Below, piece by piece: positions 1-9,040 of a stretch of 64,000 bases of DNA; position 1 is the first letter of the stretch; each line of letters starts with the position of its first letter. A model generated the notes under the pieces. The model was not told the DNA's origin and searched no databases. It saw only the letters and a program-made list of their open reading frames with translations. Made by a program: the position numbers and the translations under genes. This stretch comes from Eubacteriales bacterium (GTDB taxonomy: Bacteria; Bacillota; Clostridia; Oscillospirales; Oscillospiraceae), in the NCBI GenBank assembly GCA_030539285.1, contig JAUNSH010000006.1, positions 9,027-73,026 on the forward strand, in the 5' to 3' direction.

Positions 1-449
1 ATGCCCGGTATGAAAAGAAAAAAGCCATGAACGCCCAGCGCACGGAGGACTATAAAAACAGCAGTTACGCCCTTGCCGGTGGTGTGGTTGACCCGCTGCC
101 GGAGGATGCACCCCAGTTTGTCAAGGATTACTATGCCTATTACAAGACGGAGCGTGGATACCATCCCCGTTCTCTCAATTCCAACGGCGGCTGGAATGTA
201 ACTTCTTCTCTGTCCTTCATGAATATGCCGATTTTGCAGTATAGCCAGGAGATTCGTTCCGCCGTTCTGCTGGTACATGGCGAAAAGGCCCACTCCCGCT
301 ATTTCAGCGAGGGAGCCTATGAGAAGCTGACCGGGGATAACAAGGAGCTGATGATCATTCCGGGAGCAAGCCATGTTGACCTTTATGACCGGATGGATGT
401 GATTCCCTTTGAAAAGCTGAGAAGATTCTTTGCGGAGTACCTGAAATGA
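1..449 (+). CDS. Alpha/beta hydrolase, C-terminal part (runs off the window's left edge)
   Basis: Frame open upstream of ATG 27; VLLVHGEKAHS and IPGASHVDLYD motifs (catalytic His region). Confidence 0.8.
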   Translation, partial: ARYEKKKAMNAQRTEDYKNSSYALAGGVVDPLPEDAPQFVKDYYAYYKTERGYHPRSLNSNGGWNVTSSLSFMNMPILQYSQEIRSAVLLVHGEKAHSRYFSEGAYEKLTGDNKELMIIPGASHVDLYDRMDVIPFEKLRRFFAEYLK

Positions 450-958
450 AGGAGATTCCTTTCCTGTGCTTGCTGCTGGCATCCCTGTTGGGTGCCTGTT
501 CGCAGCAGAAACCTGCAATACCATCTCAGGCACTGACAATCACAGATTCTATCACACCTCCTGCTGAAACAGAAACCATTTCATCAGAACCTGCGCCACA
601 AGAAACACTGCTGGTGTTGAGCGTGAATGGAAACAAACTGAATGTTTGTTGGGAGGACAATGAAACCGTCAAAGAATTGCTCTCCTATACGCAAACGGAA
701 AGTATTGTAGTGAATGCAACCAGATACGGCGGTTTTGAACAGGTGGGAAGCTTGCCGCAGGGCTTTACCAGAAGCGATGTTCAGTTGACAACGGAACCGG
801 GGGATATTGTGCTGTATTCCGGCGACCAACTGGTTTTGTTCTTCGGTTCAAATTCCTGGAGTTATACAAAACTCGGTCATATTGAGGGACTTTCTCAGGA
901 TGCGTTGTCAGAATTGTTGGGTGGCAGCTCAGCGGTTATTGAAATCCATTTAAATTAA
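446..958 (+). CDS. Lipoprotein with cyclophilin-like fold domain
   Basis: Lipobox LLGAC; EPGDIVLYSGDQLVLFFGSNSWSYTKLG typical of cyclophilin-like (TM1367-type) proteins. Confidence 0.75.
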   Translation: MKEIPFLCLLLASLLGACSQQKPAIPSQALTITDSITPPAETETISSEPAPQETLLVLSVNGNKLNVCWEDNETVKELLSYTQTESIVVNATRYGGFEQVGSLPQGFTRSDVQLTTEPGDIVLYSGDQLVLFFGSNSWSYTKLGHIEGLSQDALSELLGGSSAVIEIHLN

Positions 959-998
959 TCATTACGCACGAAGGCGCACAGTGAAGTACAATCTTACA

Positions 999-1038
999 TA
1001 GCCGGCAGGCTTTCTCGCAAAGCCTGTCGGCTAATTTT
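999..1038 (+). terminator. Intrinsic terminator
   Basis: tagccggcaggcttt-ctcgc-aaagcctgtcggcta followed by atttt. Confidence 0.7.
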
Positions 1039-1057
1039 ATGTCAAGGAGTTGAAATC

Positions 1058-1305
1058 ATGACCCAAGCAGTGCTGAACACCCAGCTATACCAGAAGATGT
1101 TTTCCGAGCAGGCGCATTTCAAGGACTGGCTTATGTCTCAGACCCCGGAGGAGGTTTTGAACCATGCCTATGAATACACCTGCCGGGAGGATATTCTGCT
1201 GTCGCTGGAATACAACGACCTGTCTCCCCGGCAGGCGAAAGCCCTTCTGAAATCTCCCACACCGCTGGCAGATGTATTCAAAAAGTGGGATAACTGGGAA
1301 GATAA
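1058..1305 (+). pseudogene. DUF3848-like mobile-element protein, 3'-truncated
   Basis: LNTQLYQKMFSEQ..WLMSQTPEEVLNHAYEYTCREDIL; the ORF then runs antisense into cls with no recognisable homology. Confidence 0.6.
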
Positions 1306-1336
1306 TCGCCACATTCATTTCAATAACTCCTTATTA

Positions 1337-2875
1337 TTACAGTATGGGCGCGAACACTTTCAGAACGGCACGGAGAAACCGTTGGGGAAGCGTCCAGTTG
1401 ATTGTTGTTTCGTCTATACGGATGCACTTTTCAAGGGTATCCGCGAAATCTGCTTTCATATCCTTCAAACATTCACAGCGGTACATCCATATGCTATTCT
1501 CGAAATGATGAACCAGGCTGCGATAGTCCAGGTTGATGGTGCCAACCATTCCGTATTCATCGTCAGCAAGATAAACTTTGGCATGGACGAACCCCGGTTC
1601 ATACTCGTATACTTCCACACCGGAGCCGATCAGTCTTTTATAATAGCTTCGCGCCATTTCCAGAATGAGCTTCTTATCGGGAATATGGGGCAGGATCAGC
1701 TTCACGGTCACCCCCCGCAGGGCAGTGTCCTCAATGGCCGCGCATAGTTCATTATCAATGATTAGATACGGTGACATGATGTATACATAGCGGTCTGCTT
1801 GGTTAAGTATATTCTGAATGACGCTCTTACCCACCCGGCGATTGTAGATGGGCGCAGGTCCATCGCCAAAGGGGATCAGGTAACCCGGTTCTGCCACAGT
1901 ATACTCCGGGAAATAGTTGTTCTTTGCTTCAGGAATCTTTCGGACATTGAGGCCATAGTCGATGAGGAACAGATTTGTCAGCTCCTTGACGGCATCCCCC
2001 TCTATTCGGAGTCCCACATCTTTCCAGTGGCCAAACCTTACCACTTCATTGATATATTCATCGGCAATGTTCACGCCGCCGGTGTAACCGACACGTCCGT
2101 CAATGACAGTGATCTTCCGGTGTGAACGGTTATTGAATTCAGAATCCGCATTGCCCTTAAGCATAGAGAAGGGCGTTGCATCAATGCCGTACTTTTGAAG
2201 TTGGCGGTAATAATCTCCGGGTAAGGTCATCATACAGCCAATATCGTCGTAAACAACCTTCACTTCCACACCGGCAGCGGCCTTTTCTTTCAGAATATCC
2301 AGAATGGAGTTCCAGAAGTGGCCCTCCTCGATGATGAAATACTCCATGAAGATGAATTTTCTCGCGGAGCGAAGATCCTCCAGCAGCCTGATAAACATTT
2401 CCTCACCCAATGGGAAGTAATCCTGTTTTGTATCGGAGTAAAGATGGGATTCGCTGATATTGCAAAGCATCTTCGCCTGATTATGGGCTTCCAAAGATTC
2501 CTCTGCCAGTCCCGCGAACAACCGCCGGTCATCTGGTTTATAGCCAATGGATTTCATGTCATCCAGCCGTCTGATGAACCGCTTGTGCAGCTTCCGGTCA
2601 TAGAACAGGAAATACATCATAAAGCCTGCCACCGGGATCAGCAGTACCACCATCAGCCAGGGTATCTTATAGTCCGGGTTGTCATCCGATGCGATGATCT
2701 GGATGACCACTGCGATCTCCGTTGCCCAGACAAGCAGAAAAAAATAGGGGATGTAGTAGCTGCACACCATGACAGCTGCTATCACCGCTGCAGTTTCCAG
2801 TACGGCCAAAACAATCGCAATGAGAAACCGAACAGGAATGTGGTTCATTTCCCTATGGTGCAGCTTTCCTTTCAT
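1337..2875 (-). CDS. cls: Cardiolipin synthase
   Basis: N-terminal TM helices and two HKD motifs (HRKITVID, HAKVYLAD). Confidence 0.93.
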   Translation of the reverse strand: MKGKLHHREMNHIPVRFLIAIVLAVLETAAVIAAVMVCSYYIPYFFLLVWATEIAVVIQIIASDDNPDYKIPWLMVVLLIPVAGFMMYFLFYDRKLHKRFIRRLDDMKSIGYKPDDRRLFAGLAEESLEAHNQAKMLCNISESHLYSDTKQDYFPLGEEMFIRLLEDLRSARKFIFMEYFIIEEGHFWNSILDILKEKAAAGVEVKVVYDDIGCMMTLPGDYYRQLQKYGIDATPFSMLKGNADSEFNNRSHRKITVIDGRVGYTGGVNIADEYINEVVRFGHWKDVGLRIEGDAVKELTNLFLIDYGLNVRKIPEAKNNYFPEYTVAEPGYLIPFGDGPAPIYNRRVGKSVIQNILNQADRYVYIMSPYLIIDNELCAAIEDTALRGVTVKLILPHIPDKKLILEMARSYYKRLIGSGVEVYEYEPGFVHAKVYLADDEYGMVGTINLDYRSLVHHFENSIWMYRCECLKDMKADFADTLEKCIRIDETTINWTLPQRFLRAVLKVFAPIL

Positions 2876-3735
2876 ACTGTGAGCTCCTTTTTCTGCCTGC
2901 TTCCGTGAACTGCCATTCCCAGCGCCCCTAATACCACCATCACGCAGACGGTTCCGCCGGAAAGGCTGTTGATCAGCGTGTCGTTTCCGCTGCCGTCGCC
3001 GAATACATTCAGCATGGTGACCTGCAGGGAATACAGAGACATCATGGCGGCAGTGAGACTGATACTCTGGGCGGCTCCATGGATGGGATTACCGCCGTGT
3101 CCGCTTCTGACCACGCGAATGATTGCCGTGGTCAGCCGGTAGAATGTGTATGTAGCCACCGCGTAGACCATGATTTCCGGGTAAGAGCTGCCCTGACCGC
3201 CCCAGATCATTTGCGCCACAATGCCGACCATTGCGATATTCAGCAGGAACATGAGAATACCGCAGACGGAAAAGCCCTTCCAGCCTAAGATTGCCTTCTC
3301 CTTCGGATCATCAAGTACGGACTGTTTCTTTTCATACCGTACCAGCAGCAGCCGGATCAGGCTGAGCACCAGATAATAGACACCGTTGGAGATGAGCCAT
3401 ACAGACCGATAGAGAATGCCTGAGATCAGATTATATCCGGCATAGACCAGGTTGATGGCCAAGCTCAACACCAGCATACGACTCATCCGGAAAACTCCGG
3501 TGGCCTTCACTTTCCCATACAGGTTGATACACTTCTGTACCAACGGAATGCCGTTTGTCACAACGATGACCAGTGCGTAGAAAGCCAAACAATAGCTAAG
3601 GTAGGACAGAGGATGATCTGTCATACCGTAACAAAACACCGCTATCAGGGTTCCAAATCCCACCAGCGGTATCCCTACCGATAATACTTTTCCTGGATAG
3701 AGCAGTTTTGCTCCGATCCTTTTTAATCGCTCCAT
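2872..3735 (-). CDS. Multi-pass membrane protein
   Basis: About 7-8 hydrophobic segments; stop overlaps the cls start; RBS gagg before ATG 3735. Confidence 0.75.
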   Translation of the reverse strand: MERLKRIGAKLLYPGKVLSVGIPLVGFGTLIAVFCYGMTDHPLSYLSYCLAFYALVIVVTNGIPLVQKCINLYGKVKATGVFRMSRMLVLSLAINLVYAGYNLISGILYRSVWLISNGVYYLVLSLIRLLLVRYEKKQSVLDDPKEKAILGWKGFSVCGILMFLLNIAMVGIVAQMIWGGQGSSYPEIMVYAVATYTFYRLTTAIIRVVRSGHGGNPIHGAAQSISLTAAMMSLYSLQVTMLNVFGDGSGNDTLINSLSGGTVCVMVVLGALGMAVHGSRQKKELTV

Positions 3736-3787
3736 GAAGGTTACCTCTTGAAAAAGCCCATGGGAGGGGATTCCCACGGGCTTATCT

Positions 3788-4153
3788 TTATTTCAGGCCA
3801 ATGCACATGGGAACCAGGCACAGCAGCAAAATGATGCCCACAACGCCCACCACGATGCCCGGAAGCATCAGATTCCAGACCATAATCATGCACATGCCAA
3901 GCCCCAGGACAAGCGCGGCCAGTGTGCCGAACAGGATTTTTCCGGTGAGCTTCCAGTTGATCTGGAATTTCTTGCCGGAGCGGACAAAGACGACGATAGC
4001 CTGAGCCAGCAGCGCGATTCCGCCCACAGCGGTAACAACAACACCCTGATTGAAAGCGTTCCACTCGGGAAGCAGGCACATGCACATACCCAGGGCAAAC
4101 AGCAATCCGGCAACGACGCCGACAATCAAATTGACAAACGTGGACTTTTTCAT
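3788..4153 (-). CDS. Four-TM membrane protein with an internal duplication
   Basis: Repeated (A/G)LGMCM motif; RBS aaggagg. Confidence 0.75.
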   Translation of the reverse strand: MKKSTFVNLIVGVVAGLLFALGMCMCLLPEWNAFNQGVVVTAVGGIALLAQAIVVFVRSGKKFQINWKLTGKILFGTLAALVLGLGMCMIMVWNLMLPGIVVGVVGIILLLCLVPMCIGLK

Positions 4154-4179
4154 TTTGTGATCCTCCTTATGTGATTCCA

Positions 4180-4596
4180 TCAGTGATGCTTATGGGCATT
4201 GCGGCTTGCTTCCAGGCTGGCCTCAATCATGGCCTTCTGGTCAGCTGCGCGATTTTCCATATCTGCCTGCATCTGCTCGTCCCGGGCCTTCTGTCCGGCA
4301 GCGAGGCGGGCCTTGGCATCCTCCACGGACTCGCCATCCCTGGCGATGAAGGTATTGACAAACGCGTTTTCGATTCTTTGATAGCCGCTGACAACATGCT
4401 CACCGACCTTTCCGGTTTTCAGGGAGCCGTCCTCATTCAGCATCGCGTCGGAAGCCTTGCCCGTGAGCTTGCCGAAGCCCTCCACAACGCTGGCTTCCAT
4501 TTTCTTGTAACCGCCCACAACGCTGCCCTCGATCTTCTGGTAGTCTTCGGTGACGTGTTCAGCGATCTTATCCATGTGGTCTGCAAACTTTGCCAT
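4180..4596 (-). CDS. Hypothetical protein with amphipathic 11-residue repeats
   Basis: VTEDYQKIEGS/VVGGYKKMEAS/VVSGYQRIENA repeats; RBS aaggag. Confidence 0.7.
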   Translation of the reverse strand: MAKFADHMDKIAEHVTEDYQKIEGSVVGGYKKMEASVVEGFGKLTGKASDAMLNEDGSLKTGKVGEHVVSGYQRIENAFVNTFIARDGESVEDAKARLAAGQKARDEQMQADMENRAADQKAMIEASLEASRNAHKHH

Positions 4597-4949
4597 AATC
4601 ATTTTCTCCTTTATGTTGTGTTGTTTTGATTGATGGCCCAATTCTACATCGGAAATGATTCCGAAAAGATTCTGTTTTGTTTGAGAAATGTTAATTCCAT
4701 ATTTTGCCCATGCCGAAGTGAGTATCTCACACTGCAGTGTAGATTTGACTCCGGAGTGCATGTTTTCACAGAAGGCGTTTGTGCAGAAATTGGTCCCTCG
4801 CGGAATCCCGGTATATCAGGGTATGACATTTCCGAAATCCATGCGAAAATATTCTCACGGGTTTCTAAAATGCTTATGGAAATAAACAAAACTTTAACAT
4901 TTGGCTGATATACTGTATCATAAGAATGAATGCTTTCGGAGGTAGCGCT

Positions 4950-5621
4950 ATGTTTCATATTTTAGTGGTGGAAGATGACAAGGACCTGAACCGAACTGTA
5001 TGTTCATTCTTAAATTCCAGCGGCTATAAAGCGACAGGCTGCCTTAGCGCCAACGAGGCATACGATGCCATGTATGATACGATGTTTGACCTGATCGTGT
5101 CCGACATCATGATGCCCGGCATTGATGGCTTTGAATTTGCCAAAACCGTGCGTTCCCTCAATGAGAATATCCCTATCCTGTTTATGACTGCCCGGGATGA
5201 CTTTGCCTCCAAGCAGCGGGGCTACCGGATCGGTGTGGATGATTACATGGTCAAGCCCATCGACCTGGACGAGCTGTTTCTGCGGATCGGCGCGCTTTTG
5301 CGCCGGGCAAAGATTGCTTCTTCCCGGAAATTGGAGGTTGGCAACTTTTCCATGGATATGGACGAGCACACCGCTATGCTGGGTGATGACGAAATCAGCC
5401 TGACCAACCGGGAATTCAATATCCTCTACAAGCTCCTGTCCTATCCCAAGAAGACCTTCACCCGGCAGCAGCTGATGGACGAATTCTGGGACGCGGATAC
5501 CGAAACGGCACCCAGAGCGGTAGATGTGTATATGACCAAGCTTCGTGCGAAGCTATCTGACTGTGAGGATTTTGAGATCAAGACTGTCCATGGGCTGGGC
5601 TACAAGGCGGTGATTAAATGA
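4950..5621 (+). CDS. OmpR-family response regulator
   Basis: ILVVEDD, DIMMP phosphoacceptor, winged-helix C-terminus (TVHGLGYK). Confidence 0.93.
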   Translation: MFHILVVEDDKDLNRTVCSFLNSSGYKATGCLSANEAYDAMYDTMFDLIVSDIMMPGIDGFEFAKTVRSLNENIPILFMTARDDFASKQRGYRIGVDDYMVKPIDLDELFLRIGALLRRAKIASSRKLEVGNFSMDMDEHTAMLGDDEISLTNREFNILYKLLSYPKKTFTRQQLMDEFWDADTETAPRAVDVYMTKLRAKLSDCEDFEIKTVHGLGYKAVIK

Positions 5622-6685
5622 AAAAAACCAATTTTGAGCAGATTCTGCGGGCCATCCACCATTATTTGGTCTTTTTCCTGATGGTGGCATTCGTTGTGAC
5701 CTGCTGTATGCTGTTGTTCGTACGGACGCTGGCTGATACCATGGGGCTTGTCTTCACCCCAGACAACATTGGAGATGCAGCCAGGCTGACCTTCGGCAGC
5801 GTGCTCCTGATCAGCCTGTTTTCCGGCACCTTTGACTATTTCCGCCGCAGGCAAACGGTGTACAAGCCGGTGAAACGGATTCTGGATGCGGCAGAACGGA
5901 TCATGCAGGGAGATTTCTCCGTCCGCATCGAACCGGTGAAGGATTTTTCCGGAGAGACAGGCTTCAACCAGATCATCGACTGCTTCAATAAAATGACCGC
6001 AGAGCTTGCCGGAACGGAAACTCTGCGGACAGACTTCATCGCCAACGTATCCCATGAGCTGAAAACGCCGCTGGCGGTTATGGGTAACTATGCCACCATG
6101 CTTCAGAAGCCCAACATTACAGACGTAGAACGATGCGAATATGCCAAAGCGATTTCGGATTCCACCCGGCGGCTTGCCCAGCTCATGACCAATATTCTGA
6201 AGCTGAACAAGCTGGAAAACCAGCAAATCTTTCCGCAGCTGGATGAATATGACCTGGGAGAGCAGCTGTGTGAAAGCCTGCTGCAATTTGAAGACATTTG
6301 GGAAAAGAAGAACCTGAATATCGAAACGGATATTGAGGACGGTGTCCGAATCCGTTCGGATTCGGAGCTACTGAGTCTTGTATGGAACAATTTGATCTCC
6401 AACGCTGTGAAATTCACACCCGATGGCGGTACCATCGGCGTCAGCCTGAAAACCGACGGCGATCTGGTGGCTGTATCTGTTCGTGATACCGGCTGCGGTA
6501 TCAAGCCGGGGGTAGGACCGCATATCTTTGAAAAATTCTATCAGGGAGATACCTCTCACGCAACCCAGGGCAACGGTCTTGGGCTGGCACTGGTTAAGCG
6601 GGTGGTGGATATACTGAAGGGTGAGATCGGTGTCCAGAGCGTATACGGCCAGGGCAGCACCTTTACCGTGAAATTCAGGAGGTAA
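5618..6685 (+). CDS. HAMP sensor histidine kinase (intramembrane-sensing type)
   Basis: Two close TMs, HAMP, SHELKTPL H-box, NAVKF, GNGLGL. Confidence 0.93.
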   Translation: MKKTNFEQILRAIHHYLVFFLMVAFVVTCCMLLFVRTLADTMGLVFTPDNIGDAARLTFGSVLLISLFSGTFDYFRRRQTVYKPVKRILDAAERIMQGDFSVRIEPVKDFSGETGFNQIIDCFNKMTAELAGTETLRTDFIANVSHELKTPLAVMGNYATMLQKPNITDVERCEYAKAISDSTRRLAQLMTNILKLNKLENQQIFPQLDEYDLGEQLCESLLQFEDIWEKKNLNIETDIEDGVRIRSDSELLSLVWNNLISNAVKFTPDGGTIGVSLKTDGDLVAVSVRDTGCGIKPGVGPHIFEKFYQGDTSHATQGNGLGLALVKRVVDILKGEIGVQSVYGQGSTFTVKFRR

Positions 6686-6692
6686 TGAAAAA

Positions 6693-7079
6693 ATGGAGAA
6701 TGAACAGTCTTTTCAGTATACCTACTCTGCGGAGAGGCAGCAGGAAATCGAAGCCATCCGAAAAAAGTATCTTCCCAAGGAAGCGGATAAGATGGAGCAG
6801 CTGCGAAAGCTCCACCATTCCGCAACCCGGAAAGCCCAGGCGGTATCCATCGCCATTGGTGTCATCGGCGCACTGGTTCTTGGAGCCGGAATGAGCCTGT
6901 GCATGACAGAGTTGGGATTGCTGCTGGGCGGCATGGCAATGGTCATCGGTATCCTAGCTGGTCTTGCAGGACTTTTTATGGTGGCACTGGCATATCCCGT
7001 GTATAGCCGCGTTTTGAAAAAAGAGCGGGAGCGGATTGCCCCGGAAATCCTACGGCTGACGGATGAATTGCTGAAATAA
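6693..7079 (+). CDS. Small two-TM membrane protein
   Basis: ORF with RBS directly after the kinase; two hydrophobic segments. Confidence 0.7.
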   Translation: MENEQSFQYTYSAERQQEIEAIRKKYLPKEADKMEQLRKLHHSATRKAQAVSIAIGVIGALVLGAGMSLCMTELGLLLGGMAMVIGILAGLAGLFMVALAYPVYSRVLKKERERIAPEILRLTDELLK

Positions 7080-7098
7080 TCATGGTCAGATGCATACA

Positions 7099-7133
7099 GC
7101 AGCGCCCGGCTCTTGTACAGAGTCGGGCGCTGC
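7099..7133. terminator. Hairpin/terminator between convergent units
   Basis: gcagcgcccggctc-ttgtaca-gagtcgggcgctgc. Confidence 0.55.
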
Positions 7134-7321
7134 ACTGCTTGGAGGGAGAGCTACCTCATCCTATTTTCTGTTGTGATTGATCTGAGTAGCTGCCAGCCAG
7201 ACCAGTGATAACCGCAATAATGATGATGTTTTCCATAACACTGCTTCTTTCACTGTGTTCGCCCTCCTTCGCTGTTGGCACAAATATATGTCAGTTTATG
7301 AACAGAAATAGACTATTGATT

Positions 7322-8269
7322 TCATAGTAGTCCATTCACACTCATGCCCAAAATCCAGATAAACAGTGTTACGATAGCCAACACTGTACTGGTAAACACC
7401 AATTGTCCCGCCAGTTCTCCATCACCGCCCATGCTTACTGCCATGGGATAAGAGCCGGAGGCTACTGGTGTCCCGAATACTGCTACCACCAGAAACAGTT
7501 CAATACCTCTGAGTCCGATCAGATATGCCAACGTTACCAGAATCATTGGGATAAAAAACAATTTCCCCAGTAGAGTGGGCACCAAATATCGGAGATTGTT
7601 CCGCATAGCATCAAAGCGAAGCGTACCTCCCAGCGCAAACATCGCCAGAGGGGTAGTCATGTTTGCAAAACTGGAGATTGGATTTGCAAGACAGGATGGA
7701 AGCTTTATCTTCAACGCGAAGAAAACCAAACCAATACAGCAGCCCTGCAGCATAGGATTCCTGGTCAGCTTTCCCAGAAGGCCTTTGACAGTCAGGCTGC
7801 CGCATCCTTGGTTAAACAGTTCCAGAATGATTACAGAGGTAACATTGTAAATTGTAAGCACCACTGTAACCAGCATCGCAGCAACAGCGGTTTTTTCCGC
7901 ACCATAGAGCGTAGTTGTCAGCGGCAGACCGAACAATACGAAATTACTCCGGTAGAGTGCCTGAATGATCACACCTCTTCGGGAATTTTCCTTAACCAGT
8001 CTCGGAACCGTCAGCAGGAGCACCAATTCCAGAGCAAGGATACCCGCACCTACAAATACAATTAACGTTATAGATGGCACATTTTCCCAACTGGCAGAAT
8101 AAATGTTATGGAATGTCATAAACGGAAACATCATGCTGAAGACCAGTCTGGTCAGCCGGTTCAGGAACACTTCGTCCACAGCTCCGGTGCACCTGGCAAG
8201 GTAGCCCAGCGCAAGATAGCACAAAAATGGTATTACCGCATTGACCGCAATCATAAAGCTGTCATGCAT
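7322..8269 (-). CDS. AEC (auxin efflux carrier/malate permease) family transporter
   Basis: RSNFVLFGLP and NPM motifs, about 10 TMs, GGDGELAGQLV. Confidence 0.85.
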   Translation of the reverse strand: MHDSFMIAVNAVIPFLCYLALGYLARCTGAVDEVFLNRLTRLVFSMMFPFMTFHNIYSASWENVPSITLIVFVGAGILALELVLLLTVPRLVKENSRRGVIIQALYRSNFVLFGLPLTTTLYGAEKTAVAAMLVTVVLTIYNVTSVIILELFNQGCGSLTVKGLLGKLTRNPMLQGCCIGLVFFALKIKLPSCLANPISSFANMTTPLAMFALGGTLRFDAMRNNLRYLVPTLLGKLFFIPMILVTLAYLIGLRGIELFLVVAVFGTPVASGSYPMAVSMGGDGELAGQLVFTSTVLAIVTLFIWILGMSVNGLL

Positions 8270-8341
8270 TTCGCTTTCACCTTCTTTGTGAAAACGGGCA
8301 TCCGTGTGTCTACGGATGCCCGTCGGGATTACATGCGTATC

Positions 8342-9040
8342 TCAGCCCTTCATCATGTCCAGCACCCACTGGGGAGCCAGCTGGGGCAGCTCGCTGCCTT
8401 CTGCCTTGGCCTTGCGGTAAGCAGCAATGGTTTCATTGCGCTTGTCCTCATAGGCCAGCTTCTTCTCTGCCTCATCCAGTACTGTTTCAATGTACTCCTG
8501 GGGGATGACACAAACACCGTCGGAATCACCAACCACCAGATCGCCCGGCTCAACCTTCACACCACCGCACATGATAGGCGTGTTGATATTGCCTTCGTTC
8601 TTTTTTATGGGACCTCGAGGCATAAAGCCGCGGCTGTAGACAGGGAAATTCAGTTCGATATTGCCGTCACGATCACGGGTGCAGCCATCGATCACCATAC
8701 CCTCAAAGCCAACAGCCTGACAGGCACCCATAATGAGGTCGCCAAAGTAGGCACGGCCCTCGTAGCCCTTGCCGTCAATGACCATAACATAGCCTTCTGC
8801 GGCAAAACTATAGCTTGCAACATGGATGGGAAAATTGTCGCCATGGTCAGTCTCCACGGTCAGGGCCGTACCGACTACGGTCATTCCGCGTTCTACAGGG
8901 TTGATGTGCATATCCATGCAGCCGCCATTGGGGATATCGATCTTTGCTGCCTTGACACCGTCCAGCAGCAGGGGAACATTCAGATTTTTTGCTCTGCTGA
9001 TGATTTCCTCAGGCAGCAGAGGTGCACACTTGTTAATCAT
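8342..9040 (-). CDS. RraA-family protein; probable HMG/CHA aldolase (GalC/LigK-like)
   Basis: GTALTV..GDN, FGDL, VIDGCTRD, GDLVVGDSDGV. Confidence 0.85.
   Translation of the reverse strand: MINKCAPLLPEEIISRAKNLNVPLLLDGVKAAKIDIPNGGCMDMHINPVERGMTVVGTALTVETDHGDNFPIHVASYSFAAEGYVMVIDGKGYEGRAYFGDLIMGACQAVGFEGMVIDGCTRDRDGNIELNFPVYSRGFMPRGPIKKNEGNINTPIMCGGVKVEPGDLVVGDSDGVCVIPQEYIETVLDEAEKKLAYEDKRNETIAAYRKAKAEGSELPQLAPQWVLDMMKG

Noticed and set aside
1058-1747. 229-aa full-length protein
   Set aside because: Beyond about residue 82 it is antisense read-through over cls
7150-7240. Short minus-strand ORF MENIIIIAVITG, resembling a small membrane peptide remnant
   Set aside because: Too short and degenerate to support a call
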